Assembly: GCA_043228905.1 (NCBI GenBank)
Contig: JBHGNT010000006.1
Location: forward strand, 4,588,001 to 4,652,000
Origin: Azolla caroliniana
Lineage: Eukaryota; Plantae; Polypodiophyta
DNA length: 64,000 nucleotides
Direction of reading: 5' to 3'
In this document: in pieces, positions 50,607-62,243 of the stretch
Numbering within the stretch: position 1 is the first letter of the stretch
Layout of the letters: every line of letters starts with the position of its first letter
Notes under the pieces: model-generated
The model's database searches: none
What the model was told of the DNA's origin: nothing
Seen by the model: the letters and a program-made list of their open reading frames with translations, nothing else
Made by a program: the position numbers and the translations under genes

Positions 50607-53522
50607 TCATTCCTCGCCCGCCGGTTCTTCCTCGTCTTCGGATCGTTCGTCACTGCTGACTAGGAGACCCGGGTCTGGCTCGTCGTCGTGTCGCTTCTTG
50701 AACGCTTTGATCCGCTTCCCTGCAACCGGTATCGCCATTCTCGTGCCGTCGAGTTCCGCCAGGCGATATGTCCCGTTGTCATTGGCGCTCCGTACCACGT
50801 AAGGCCCGAACCACCTTCGTGCGAACTTCCGTGTAGCTCGGTGCTGGTTGTCGAGGCTGCAGTCGTAGACGAGCACCCAGTCACCTTCTTCGATTTTCTT
50901 CGGTCGGAGCCGGTGCGTTCGGTCGAACCTGGCTTTGTTCTTTGTCCTCGCCACCCGGAGCTTCTCCGCAGCCAGTTCCACGTCCTCCGGTTTCCGCTCG
51001 AGCTGTCGTATACGCGCGGCCAACAACTCCTCCCGGCTCATCTCGTCCCTCTAGTCGACCGTTGCCCACGAGGAGATCGTCCGTTCCATCGGCATGATCG
51101 GCTTCTGGCCGAACATGAGCTCCGTCGGCATGTACCCGGTTACCGAACTGTGCGTGGTCCGGTCTGCCCACAAAGCATAAGGTAGCAGCTGCGGCCAGTT
51201 ACCGACTTGGCCTCCGCATGCTCGAACCAGCGCCTTGACGATCGGTCCGTGTCCGCGCTCCACCTTTCCATTCGCCTCTGGATTGTACGCAGTGGTGAGC
51301 GAGAGCTTGACTCCCAGCCGGTCGAACAGCTCCGCGGCTTCTTCGGCGTCCAACTCCTCTCGGTCAGCCACGATCTTCCCGACGCACCCGTACCGGCATA
51401 TCACGTCCTCGATTAGGAACCGACATACGGCCGCGGTCGTTTTGTTCGGAAGGGCTCGGCCTTCCACCTGGTTCGTCAGATCCTCCCGCGCTAGGACTAG
51501 GTACCGCATCTGTCCTACCCCCATTGGCATCGTCACCAGATCTACCATCCATTTGAAGTGGATGGTCGGAGGGTACGTAGGGTGAAGCTCGTCTCGGTGT
51601 CGGACCACGGAGTGCATCTGACAGCTCTCGCAAGTTGTCACGAATCGATGCACGTCCTGGTACAATCCCGGCCACCAGTACTTCTCCTTTATCTTCTCGA
51701 ACGTGGCCCAAGTTCCACGGTGTCCGGCCCAAGGGCTGTCGTGGTAGGCCGTCAGCAGCTCCTCCTGTTCTTCCTTCATCGCCACCACCCGGAGCGGAGC
51801 GCCGTCCCTCTTCTTCGGGTGCTTCCATAGATAGCCATCTCGGAGAAAGAACCGGTACGCTTTCTTCCGGATCCGGTTGGCCTCGTCTTTCGTCCATGAC
51901 GCATCCGGCGCCATTGTCCTCAAGAACCCGCCGATCTGCAGCCACTCCCCGTCGTACTTGCTTGCGTCGAAGTCGTTAAGCGCCGGAGTGCTCGTCCCGT
52001 CGGTTGTTACGTATGCTGCCTCGAAGAAGTCCACGCCGACCTCTTCGTCCTCCGAAACCATGCCGCCCTCGTCATCGAACCTCGCCCTCGAAAGCATGTC
52101 GGCCATGGCGTTGTCTTTCCCGGAAATGTGTCGTATTTCCGGGTCCAGGGACTGGATGTACGCTATCCACCTGAGCATTGCCAGGTCCGGCGTCGCGCAT
52201 CCGGAAACCATGCCGAGAATCGGCATGCAATCCGTCTCTATGATTACCTCTGTCCCGATCAGATAGTCCTTGTCAGCCTTCACCGCCGAAACGATACCCC
52301 AGAGTTCGCGTTTAACCTGGGCGTATCCTTGCTGCCGCTCACTGAGGACCTTCGCGCCGAATCGGATCGGAAACCGATTGCCGTCCTCGTCTTCTTGGTT
52401 GACGACCCACCCGATTCCGGTCGGACTCGTGTCAACCGTTATGTACACTGGGGTGCCCTTCCTGTAGACGGCCTTTCGGAGCGCCGGTGCTGCCGAAAGA
52501 GCCTCCTTCAGCTTCCGGACCGACTCCGTGTGCTTGTCTAGCCATTCGAATCTTCGCCCTTTCTTCAATAATCTGTACAGCGGCTCCGCGACGTGCGCGT
52601 AATGCGGGATCCATATGTGGTAGAAGGCGCATGCTCCCAAGAATCTTCTTACTTCCGTGACCGAGCTGCAATCAGGCTTCATCGCGGAGATGGCTTCTAC
52701 CTTTGCCGGAGACGGTTTCCGGCCATATGGTCCACATAAATGTCCGACCACCATGATTTCCGACTGTCCGAAGGCCGACTTCTCCCCCGAGAAGGTGAGC
52801 CTCGCATCCTCTAGCCTTTGCAGCACCTTCTCGCAGTCGTCGATGTGCGTCACCACGAATCGCCGGCATCCGTCCGGCCTGATCGTCTCGTCCTTCTCTT
52901 CTACCGGGCATCCCTTGATCGGGATGTCGTCTAGAAACGGCATGGTGATGTCCGGGATGCAGTCCCTCAGCACCTTGTTCATTGCATTCACCATGTGGGC
53001 CACCGAGTTGGTCCCTCCTTGCGGCAGCGTACACATCCGCACTAGGCCGAGGGGAGTTCGCATCGTCGTAATGTCCCTGCTCTCCACGGCTAGCTGGAAC
53101 TGGTCGTACCCTGAGTGTAGATCACCGACCGAGTAAATCGACCTTCCAGCGAAGGCCTCCGCGAACTCGTCTATGGTCGGTCCAATCCCTGCGTTCCGAA
53201 TGGTCACTCTATTGACCGGCTGCAGGTCCTGAATGAAGCGCAACGATCCGTTTTTCTTTGGTACGGTAAACCATCGGTTTGAATACCGGGCGCTCGACGG
53301 CTCGAGAATGCCCATTTCAACTTTCTGCTTCAACAGCTCCATCAACTTCGGGATGTGAGCTCTCGGAACCGGAATTGGCTTGAGATTCCACGGTACATGC
53401 GGTACCGTGAATATCACCATCGGCTCTACGATCGTCGGGTCTACGCACCCGATTTCCTCCGGTGAGAATGCGAAGGCTTTCCCGTGCCTTCCGAGCATCC
53501 TCCGAAACCGGACTTCCTCCAC
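50607..53522 (-). pseudogene. pol: Gypsy C pol: RT, RNase H and integrase with a GPY motif; one internal stop at 51051
   Basis: WFTVPKKNGSLRFIQDLQPVN, PFLDDIPIKG, VDTSPTGIG, NAMADMLSR, HDSPWAGH..CESCQ, TAYNPEANGKVERGH, WFGPYVV; TGG in B corresponds to TAG in C. Confidence 0.93.
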
Positions 53523-53721
53523 CGGCAGTAGGAACCCGGCTCGTCGAGGGAGACTGCCTCCACGGCTCTGTTGATTTCTTCGTCAGGGCCGAGAACTCCG
53601 CACGCTCGAAGTCTCCCCTTCGTCTCTGTTTTCTCTCGGCCGGCGATGCCGACCATCGTACATGCTCCGCTGTCGGAGAAGCAAAATTTCCTACCTATTG
53701 TACACGGTTTTATCGTATAGA

Positions 53722-53788
53722 TGTGGGGTTTTCCCGGAGCATCCGGACTGTCGCGGCCCCACGCCTTGGCAGTCCTCTCTAAAAATCC
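53722..53788 (-). promoter_or_regulatory. Putative -1 ribosomal frameshift signal (G GAT TTT plus pseudoknot), Gypsy C
   Basis: Heptamer directly before the gag stop, 6-nt spacer, stem GGACTG/CAGTCC with loop GTGGGG pairing to downstream CCCCAC; -1 frame open. Confidence 0.75.
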
Positions 53789-55905
53789 TCTCGGTTTTCG
53801 GAACCGAGGGAGTCGCGGTTACGTTCGTGGTTCGGCCGTACCGTCAGAAACTGGACCGAATGGCGCCCGTCTTGGCTTTTGACCCTCGCGTAGGCCGAAC
53901 CATTGTCCAGCACCTTGGTCTCCATTCGCGCCGCCGTGATGTACGGCTCTCCTAGTATGACCGGATGCGAAGACGTCTCCTGCACGAAGAAGTGCTGGTC
54001 AATCTCGACGTCGCCGATCTTGACTCGCACATTCGGACAGGCCCCGTCCAGTTCCTCGGTGGCGCGCGTTGCTGCCCTTATTTTCCACCCGTGCTTGGTG
54101 TTGATCGGCCATTTGCCCTTCTTATAGAAGTCCATGGACATCAAATTGATGTCCGATCCGTGGTCCACCAAAGCTATCACCGGTTCCTGGACATCGCCGA
54201 TCTTCACCGGGGTTTCCGTGGTCGCTCGGGCCCAGTGTGGTCTCGAATAGTGGCTTTCCGCCCACTCGTCTCCCAGCGCCATGTCGTCTAGGTGTGTCGT
54301 CCGCACTTCCACCAGTCTTTCCAGTTCTGTCTCCGTTGACAGCCTCTTCCGTTTCACCAAGTCCACGATGGAGTCGTGGAACTCCTTCTTGGCGATTCCC
54401 AGCACCTCTCGTAACGACAGCTCCACCTTGCTGTCGAGGATCCGTTCCTCCAGGACCTTTCGTAAGTCCGTGGTCCTTTCTATCTCCGTCCCCAGACGGT
54501 ACCCGCCCTTTTGGGGTTTATCTTGCGTACCGGCCCCGTCGACTTCGTCCCGTCGTGGCCCGGACCGGGTCTCGTATCGTTGTGAGGGCCCGGCCGTCCC
54601 GGGTTTCCCCACCCGCTTCTCTTCTACCAGAGCCTCGTAGTTCTGGCAAGCGACTTCCGCGAAGCCCGTCTTTTCCTCGACCGGGTCGCTCCACCCGGTC
54701 ATCTCCCGTACCCGTTTCTCCGCACGGTCCGATTCCTCCCTTTTAAGCCTTGCACCGGCAAGGCCTTCCAGCATCGTCGGCCAGAATCCGGCTTTGCTTT
54801 CCCTTCGGGCCTCGCCGCCCCCGACTCGAATGCCGGCTGACGCCGAGTAGTGGATGGTTTCTGCGTGTCGGGCCGCCGCCTCTTCCATCACCCTTTTCAT
54901 ACCACCTCGCCCGTCGTTTCGGCTCAGGGCCCTTCGGGTGTCGCTGGCATGCACCCATCCTTCCCACAGGTACACCACCCTGTTCCTCAACGCCTCCGCG
55001 AAGTCGCCGCAGTCCTTCTGAATGTGGCCGACTTCATCGCACCACATGCACCTGTTTCCTGCCGCCGGCCGTCGGTCACGAGCCGGTTCGCCACCTTCCC
55101 TTCGGGCTTGCGCGATTTGGAGGTCCTTTATCGCCCTCGTCAATTCCTCCAGCGCCGCTCCTCCGGTTGAGCCTCTGACTCCGCCGGTCGAAGCCGAACC
55201 GGTTTCCAACCACTCTCGGGTCTCTTCCTTTCGCACCTGTGGCGCCGGTTCGAGCTTCCTTGCTGCGACCGAGCCCGACCCGGTTGCCCCGTTATCCGCC
55301 CATTCTCGCCGTTTGTCGAAACGGCCACAGACTTTCTTGACAGCCGCCCAGTCGGTAGTGAGCCCGTCTTCGGTTTCCAGCAAGAGGCCCACTTGCTCCC
55401 GATCCCGCTCGTCGACCGACTTGACAAACAGCAAGACCCGGCTCATGTCCAGGATGGTTCGGTCGAGCGCCGAAAGGCGCGCAAAGTTTTCCTCGTACTC
55501 CCGGAGGAGTGCCGACGCGTTTCTTCCCTTCCCCGGGGACTCGACCCATTCCATGAACCTTCGCTTCGAAAGCCAGAGCGCGTCGTCCAGCCCGTATTTT
55601 TCTAGGATCCGACCTTCGAACTCCTCCCAGGTACGGCTCTCCGCCCGCACCTCGAGCACCTCCGCATGGATGCTTGGCATCGCCACTTGGGGAAAACCGG
55701 CAAGACGCCTTTCTTCCGGAATGTCCCGCATCAGCATCTCTGCACCGTAGGACGCCAAATACTTCGTGGCATCCTTCCCATCGAACCGGCCGATTGTGCC
55801 GACGACCGCCTCAATAGCTCTGTCGAGGGCACCGGTGCCCTCACGCGTGTTTACAATCCGATCCACGGCCGAAGCCATGGCCTCTGCAAGATCCGACCCC
55901 CTCAT
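53779..55905 (-). CDS. gag: Gypsy C Gag-protease polyprotein
   Basis: Intact ORF (first ATG 55905) with zinc knuckle CMWCDEVGHIQKDC and aspartic protease ALVDHGSDINLM...VILGEPY. Confidence 0.9.
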   Translation of the reverse strand: MRGSDLAEAMASAVDRIVNTREGTGALDRAIEAVVGTIGRFDGKDATKYLASYGAEMLMRDIPEERRLAGFPQVAMPSIHAEVLEVRAESRTWEEFEGRILEKYGLDDALWLSKRRFMEWVESPGKGRNASALLREYEENFARLSALDRTILDMSRVLLFVKSVDERDREQVGLLLETEDGLTTDWAAVKKVCGRFDKRREWADNGATGSGSVAARKLEPAPQVRKEETREWLETGSASTGGVRGSTGGAALEELTRAIKDLQIAQARREGGEPARDRRPAAGNRCMWCDEVGHIQKDCGDFAEALRNRVVYLWEGWVHASDTRRALSRNDGRGGMKRVMEEAAARHAETIHYSASAGIRVGGGEARRESKAGFWPTMLEGLAGARLKREESDRAEKRVREMTGWSDPVEEKTGFAEVACQNYEALVEEKRVGKPGTAGPSQRYETRSGPRRDEVDGAGTQDKPQKGGYRLGTEIERTTDLRKVLEERILDSKVELSLREVLGIAKKEFHDSIVDLVKRKRLSTETELERLVEVRTTHLDDMALGDEWAESHYSRPHWARATTETPVKIGDVQEPVIALVDHGSDINLMSMDFYKKGKWPINTKHGWKIRAATRATEELDGACPNVRVKIGDVEIDQHFFVQETSSHPVILGEPYITAARMETKVLDNGSAYARVKSQDGRHSVQFLTVRPNHERNRDSLGSENREDF

Positions 55906-55949
55906 CTTCTGCTCTTCTGCCGCCTCCTTCACGTCGGGTTCACCAAAGA

Positions 55950-56635
55950 TGTCGAGATATTACGCAAGTGCGCGTGGAAACGAGGCGGGACCGCGGGGGT
56001 CTCGAACCAAAGAGCAAGCGAGGGAGGAGAAAGAGAGAGAACCGGCTACGCAGGACCGGGGATACACAGGGACACGGCCCTTCAGCACGGAGAGCGCGAA
56101 CAGACACCGACACAGACAGATGCGAATGACTAAATATGTATATTAACAAAATGGCTAACACGACTACAACCCTCGATGGGGCACAGGTTGGTTACAACCA
56201 AACAGGCCGGCGAACAGATGCCGATGCTTGTTCGCTTCGACGCACAAAGGGGTAGCAGGTCGGAGGTGCTGCCGGAAGCACTCGGGCGTTCCTCGAAACA
56301 GCGCGAGCCTCTTCGGAACCCTGCACAGAAAGCTATGAAGCTCAAGAAGGAAGGAAACAGAGAGAGAGGCGTCCAGAAACGGTCCGACAGCACTTCGTCC
56401 TCTCTGCGTGAGATCCCTGCAACAACTCTTTCCTGCTCCTTATATAGGCCGACGAGCAGGCCGTCATGTCAGCTTTATTCCCTGTCCCCTTTTGACAGGG
56501 ATCCGCTCCGTTCTTCACGCCCCCGCGTGGTTACGCCGCCGACTCGTACAATACCTTAGCTCGCGCGCGCGACCGAAAAGACTGTTCGCGCGGTCTTTGT
56601 CTCCACTTGTGTTAGGGCCGGTTTTCTTCACGACA
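55950..56635 (-). repeat. 5' LTR of Gypsy C
   Basis: Adjacent to the PBS; direct repeat of 49766-50535. Confidence 0.95.
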
Positions 56636-58515
56636 ACGCGGAGGTGCTTGAGGTACGGGTTGAGAGTCGAACCTAGGAAGAGTTTGAAGGTCGGCTCCTT
56701 GAAAAATACGGGCTTGACGACACGCTTCGGCTATCGAAACGGGACTTCATGGAATGGGTGGAGACCCCCGAAAAGGGGAGAAACGCGTCGGTGCTCCTTT
56801 GGGAGTTTGAAGAATGCCTCACCCGTCTTTCGGCGCTGGACCGAATTGTACTGGACACAAGTCGTGTCCTATTGTTCGTTAGATCGGTGGACGTAAAGGA
56901 CCGGGAGCAAGTGGGCTTCTTGCTGGAGACCGATGACGGCCTCACAACCTACTGGGCCGTGGTAAAGAGAGTCTGTGGTCGTTTTGACAAACGGCGTGAG
57001 TGGGTCGATAAAGGCTTCATGGGGGCGGGTTCTGTTGCGACGAGGAAGGTTGAGGTACCCCCACCGACGCGAAGGGAAGAGACCCGAGACTGGCTCGAGA
57101 CTAGCTCGACTTCGACCAACACGATCAAAGGCTCATCCGGAGGAGCGGCTCTGGAGGAGCTAACTCAGATGGTGAGGGACCTCCAGATTGCACAAGCACG
57201 GAGGGATGGCGGCGAACAAGTCCGTGACCGAAGGCCTCCGGCTGGGAACTGGTGCTTGTGGTGCGACGCGGTCGGCCACGCCCGAAAGGACTGCGGGGAC
57301 TTCGCCGAAGCGATAAGAGCTAACGTGGTGTACCTATGGAACGGTCGGGTGCACGCTAGCGAGAACCGAAGGGCCCTGGATCTGAATGTCGGGCGAGGGG
57401 GTATGAAACGGTTGATGGAAGAAGCGGCGGCTCGCCATGCGGAGACCGTCCACTACTCGACGTCGGCTGGGATCCGGGTCGGAAGTGATGAATTCTAGAA
57501 GACGAAGGAAGCTGGATTTTGGCCATTGATGCTGGAAGGCCTCACCGGCGTACGATCGAGGAAAGAGGAAGCAGACCACGTGGAAAGACGGGTTCGGGAG
57601 GCAATCGGGTGGAGTGACCCGGTCGAAGAGAAGACGGGCTTCATTGAAGCCGCTTGCCAAAACTACGAGGCTCTGGTGGAGGACAAGCGTGCGGGTAAGA
57701 CCGGAGGGGCTAGACCCTCGCAACGGTATGAGACCCGGTTCGGGCAAAAGCAAAATGATGCCGGTGCGACCGGCGCACTGGATAAAGCCAAGAGGGCTGG
57801 GTATCCATTGAGCATGGAGATTGAGAGGACCACGGACTTGCGAAAGGTCCTCAAGGGATGTATCCTCGACAGCAAGGTGGAACTGTCAGTGAGGGAAGTG
57901 CTCGAAATCGCCAAGAAGGAGTTCCACGACTCCATCGTGGACTTGGTGAAGCGGAAGAGGCTTTTGATGGAGCCGAAACCGGAGAAGCTGGTGGAGGTGC
58001 GGACAACGCACCTAGAAGACATGGCTCTAGAAGACGAGTTGGCGGAGAGCCACTATTCAAGGCCACATTGGGCCAGAGCAACCACGGAGACCCCCGTTAA
58101 GATCGGAGATGTTCAGGAGCCGGTGATGGCGTTGGTGGACCACGGTTCAGAAATCAACTTGATGTCCACGGATTTCTACAAGAAGGGGAAGTGGCTGATC
58201 AACACCAAGCACGGGTGGAAAATATGGGCAGCAACACGCGCCACAAAAGAGCTGCATGGAGCCTGCCCGAATGTACGAGTGAAAATCGGCGATGTCGAGA
58301 TCGATCAACACTTCTTCATGCAGGAGACGTCCTCGCATCCGGTTATACTCGGGGAACTGTACATCACGGCGGCACGGATGGAGACAAAGGTGCTAGACAA
58401 CGGTTCGGCATATGCATGAGTCAAGAGCCAGGATGGGAGTCACTCGGTCCAGTTCCTGACGTGTGAGACCGAACCATGAGCGTAACCGCGAGACCCTTGG
58501 TGGCGAAAACCGAGG

Positions 58516-58582
58516 GGATTTTTAGAGAGGGCCCTCAAGGCGTGGGGCCGCGATAGTCCGGACACCCCGGAAAAACCCCACA
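58516..58582 (+). promoter_or_regulatory. Putative -1 ribosomal frameshift signal, Gypsy B
   Basis: G GAT TTT TAG at 58516-58525, followed by ...GTGGGG...TAGTCC...CCCCAC; the -1 frame is the frame of the RT ORF at 58885. Confidence 0.7.
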
Positions 58583-61500
58583 GATGTACTATAGGTGAAA
58601 AGACCTGTACCATAGGTAGGAAATTTTGGTTCTCCGATAGCGGAGGTTGTACGATAGCCGGCGTAGTTGGCCGAGAAAAGAAGCGGGCGGAGGAGCGACT
58701 TCGGGCATGCAGAGTCCTCATCCTTGAAGAGAAAATCAACGGAGCCGTGGAGGCGGTCTCTTTCGACGACACCTTAGGGAAGTTACGAGAGGTGTTTGGA
58801 GAAGGCCTTAATGAGGATCGAACGATTCCGGTAAGTTCGGAATAGATATATGAAGTCATCGCCGACTTCCGTAATGGACTCGAGTTGAATCGGACGGCCC
58901 GAGTGGATACAAAGTACAAGACTGTGGACCGGAAGGTGAGGCAAGTCGCGACACCCTTGCCAGAGGGCAACGAGTTATGGATAAAGGGGGTCGTGTTGGA
59001 CCCAAGTTTACGAGATCCGGCCAGCATAGGACACACGTTCACCGACATAACGCTGCGGGAGCTCAAGATCGGTGGGGGCGGCTTTCTACTGCCAACGGAA
59101 GAGGACCGGTTTCGGAGAATGCTTGGGAGGCATGGGAAGGCTTTCGCATTCTCACCAGAGGAGATCGGGTGTGTAAACCCGATGGTTGTGGAACCAATGG
59201 TGATCTTCACGATACCGCATGTGCCGTGGAATCTCAAACCGATTCCTGTACCTAGAGTTCACATCCCGGAGTTGATGGAGCTACTGAAACAGAAGGTGGA
59301 GATGGGCATCCTCGAACCGTCGAGTGCCCCATACTCGAATCGGTGGTTTACCGTGCCAAAGAAGAACGACACGTTGCGCTTTATTCAAGACCTGCAACCG
59401 GTCAACAAAGTGACCATTCGGAATGCAGGAATCGGACTGACCATAGACGAGTTCATGGAGGCCTTCGCCGGAAGGTCGATTTACTCAGTCGGTGATCTGT
59501 ACTCGGGGTACGATTAGTTCGGACTAGCCATGGAGAGCAGGGACATTACGACGATGCGGACTCCTCTCGGCCTAGTGCGGATGTGTACCCTCCCGCAAGG
59601 AGGGACGAACTCGGTAGCCCACATGGTGAACGCAATGAACAAAGTGCTGAGGGATTGTATCCCGGGCATCACCATGCCATTCTTAGACGACATCCCGATC
59701 AAAGGATGCCCGGTGGAGGAAAAGGATGAGACAATCGGACCGGACGAATGTCGGAAATTCGTGGCGGCTCACGTTGATGATTGCGAGAGGGTACTGCAAA
59801 GACTAGAACGCGCGAGGCTCACCTTCTCTTGGGAAAAATCGGCCTTCGGGAAATCGGAGATCATGGTCGTCGGACACCTATGCGGGCCATACGGTCGGAA
59901 ACCGTATCCGGCCAAGGTGGAGGCCATCTTCGCGATGAAGCAAGACTGCAATTCGGTTACGGAGGTTCGGAAATTCCTGGGAGCATGTGCGTTCTACCAT
60001 ATCTAGATCCCGCATTACGCCCACATCGCGGAGCCGCTCTATGGGTTGCTGAATAAAGGGCGTAAATTCGAGTGGAGAGACGGGCATACAGAGTTGGTCC
60101 GGAAGATAAAAGAAGCGCTTGCCGTGGCACCGATGCTACAAAAGGCTGTCTATGGCAAAGACACTCCGATTTACGTGACCGTAGACACGAGTCCGACCGG
60201 GATCGGATGGGTGATTAACCAAGAGGATGGCGATGGCGTGAGGTTCCCCATCCGGTTCGGCGCGAAAGTCCTCAATGAACGACAACGAGGATATGCCCAG
60301 GTTAAACGCGAACTCTGGGGTATCGTCTCGGTGGTCAAGACCGATAAAGACTACCTGATCAGGACAGAGGTGATAATCAAGACGAACTGCTTGCCAATTC
60401 TCGGCATGGTTTCTGGATGCGCGACGCCGGACCTAACAGTGCTCAGGTGGATAGCGCACATCAAGTCCCTGAATCCGGAAATACGACACATTTCCGGAAA
60501 GGACAATGCCATGACCGACATGCTTTCGAAAGCGAGGTTCGATGACGAGGACGACATGGTTTCGGAGGACGAGGAAGTCAGCGTGGACTTCTTCGAGGTG
60601 ACTTACGTAACAACAAGAAAGGGGAGCACTCCGGCGCTTAACGAATTCGACGAGAGCAAGTACGACGGGGAGTGGCTCCAGATCGGCGGGTTCCTAAAGA
60701 CAATGACACCGGATGCGACATGGACGAAGGAAGAGACCAACCGGATTTGGAAGAAAGCATACTGATTCTTCCTATGGGACGGGAGCATATGGAGGCACCC
60801 GAAGAAAAGAAACGGCATCCCGCTCCGAGTGGTGGCGAAGAAAGAGGAATAGGAAGAATTGCTGACGGCATACCGCGAGAGTCCCTGGGCCGGACACTGC
60901 GGGATGTGGGCCACATTCGAGAAGCTAAAGGGGAAGTACTGGTGGCCGGGACTATACCGGGACGTGCATCGGTTCGTGACGACTTGGGAAAGCTGTCAAG
61001 TGCACTCCATGGTCCGACATCGGGATGAGCTTCACCCTACCTACCCTCTGACTGTCCACTTTAAGTGGATGGTGGATCTGGTGACGATGCCGATGGGGAT
61101 AGGGCAGATGTGGTATTTGGTGCTGGCTCGGGAGGGCCTGACGAACCAGGTGGATGTCCGAGCGTTGAAGAACAAAATGACCGTGGCCGTGTGCCGATTT
61201 CTGATCGAAGAAGTGGTATGCCGGTACGGGTGTGTAGGTAAGATCGTGGCCAACCGCGAAGAATTGGATGCGCAAGAGGTGGAAGACTTGTTTGACCGGC
61301 TAGGGATTAAACTCTCGCTCACCACAACGTACAATCCAGAGGCTAACGAGAAAGTGGAACGCGGACACGGGCCGATTGTCAAAGCATTAGTGCGGGCGTG
61401 TGGAGGCCAAGTCGAGAACTGGCCACGACTCTTACCCTATGCGTTGTGGGCGGACCGAATTACGCACAGATCGGTAACCGGGTTCATGCTGGTAGAAGCC

Positions 61501-62243
61501 GATAATGCGAATGGAGCTGACAATCTCCTCATGGGCCACGGTGGACTGGAAAGACGAGATGAGACGGGAGGAGCTGTTAGCGGCACAGATTCAGCAGCTG
61601 GAGCGAAGACCGGAGGACGTGGACTGAGCCGTGGAGAAGCTACGGGTGGCGAGGGTAAAGAACAAAGGATGGTTCGACCGAACTCACCGACTGAGACCGA
61701 AGAAGATCGAGGAAGGCGACTGGGTTGTAGTGTATGACAGAAGCCTCGACAACCAGCATAGGGCAATGCGGAAGTTTGCAAGAAGGTGGTTCGAGCCTTA
61801 TGTGGTGACAAGCGTCAACGACAATGGGACCTACCATCTCGCAAAGCTCGACGACGCAAGAATGGCAGTACCAGTGGTGGGGAGAAGGATCAAAGCATTC
61901 AAAAAGCGGCATGAGGCTGAACCGGGCCGGACGACTTGGACAACGATAACGACCGGCTTGGGACGGATGTCGATCCGGAAGATGAAGGATAAGCGTGGGC
62001 CGGTCTTCTCTGGCAAGAGTCTAATTTTGGCACATACTGGTGGATGCGCGGTTAGGTGGGGCCGGATGTCGTGGAGAAAACTGTCCCTAGGTGGAAACCG
62101 GGTATAACGTGCGTAAACCGGCCCTTACACTTGGGCACAAGTTTTGTTGTATAGTACATAGGTGGGTATAAATCGGCTGAGGTGAAATCCTAGGTAGCAC
62201 GCATTCATTAGGGAGAAAATCGAGGCGTATGCCTGTCCGAAAG

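Larger units (their letters stand above)
49766..56635 (-). mobile_element. Ty3/Gypsy element 'C' (young, related to B) inserted in the gag of B
   Basis: LTRs 49766-50535 and 55950-56635, nearly identical; 4-bp TSD ACGC (49762-49765 / 56636-56639); tRNA-Trp PBS 55929-55945; PPT 50536-50550. Confidence 0.97.
48872..62243 (+). mobile_element. Ty3/Gypsy element 'B' (non-chromovirus, degenerate); interrupted by element C and, in its 3' LTR, by Copia D
   Basis: 5' LTR ~48872-49480 (lacks its first ~65 bp); PBS TGGTGAACCCGACGTGA (tRNA-Trp) 49485-49501; gag-PR-RT-RH-INT fragments 49524-49765 and 56636-62000; PPT-like 62054-62066; 3' LTR starts TGTCGTGG at 62067. Confidence 0.92.

Noticed and set aside
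49946-62107. Many 60-270 aa antisense or alternative-frame ORFs within the Gypsy elements (also in Copia 14100-19000 and PP2C exon 1)
   Set aside because: Expected shadow ORFs of GC-rich coding sequence; no domains recognised
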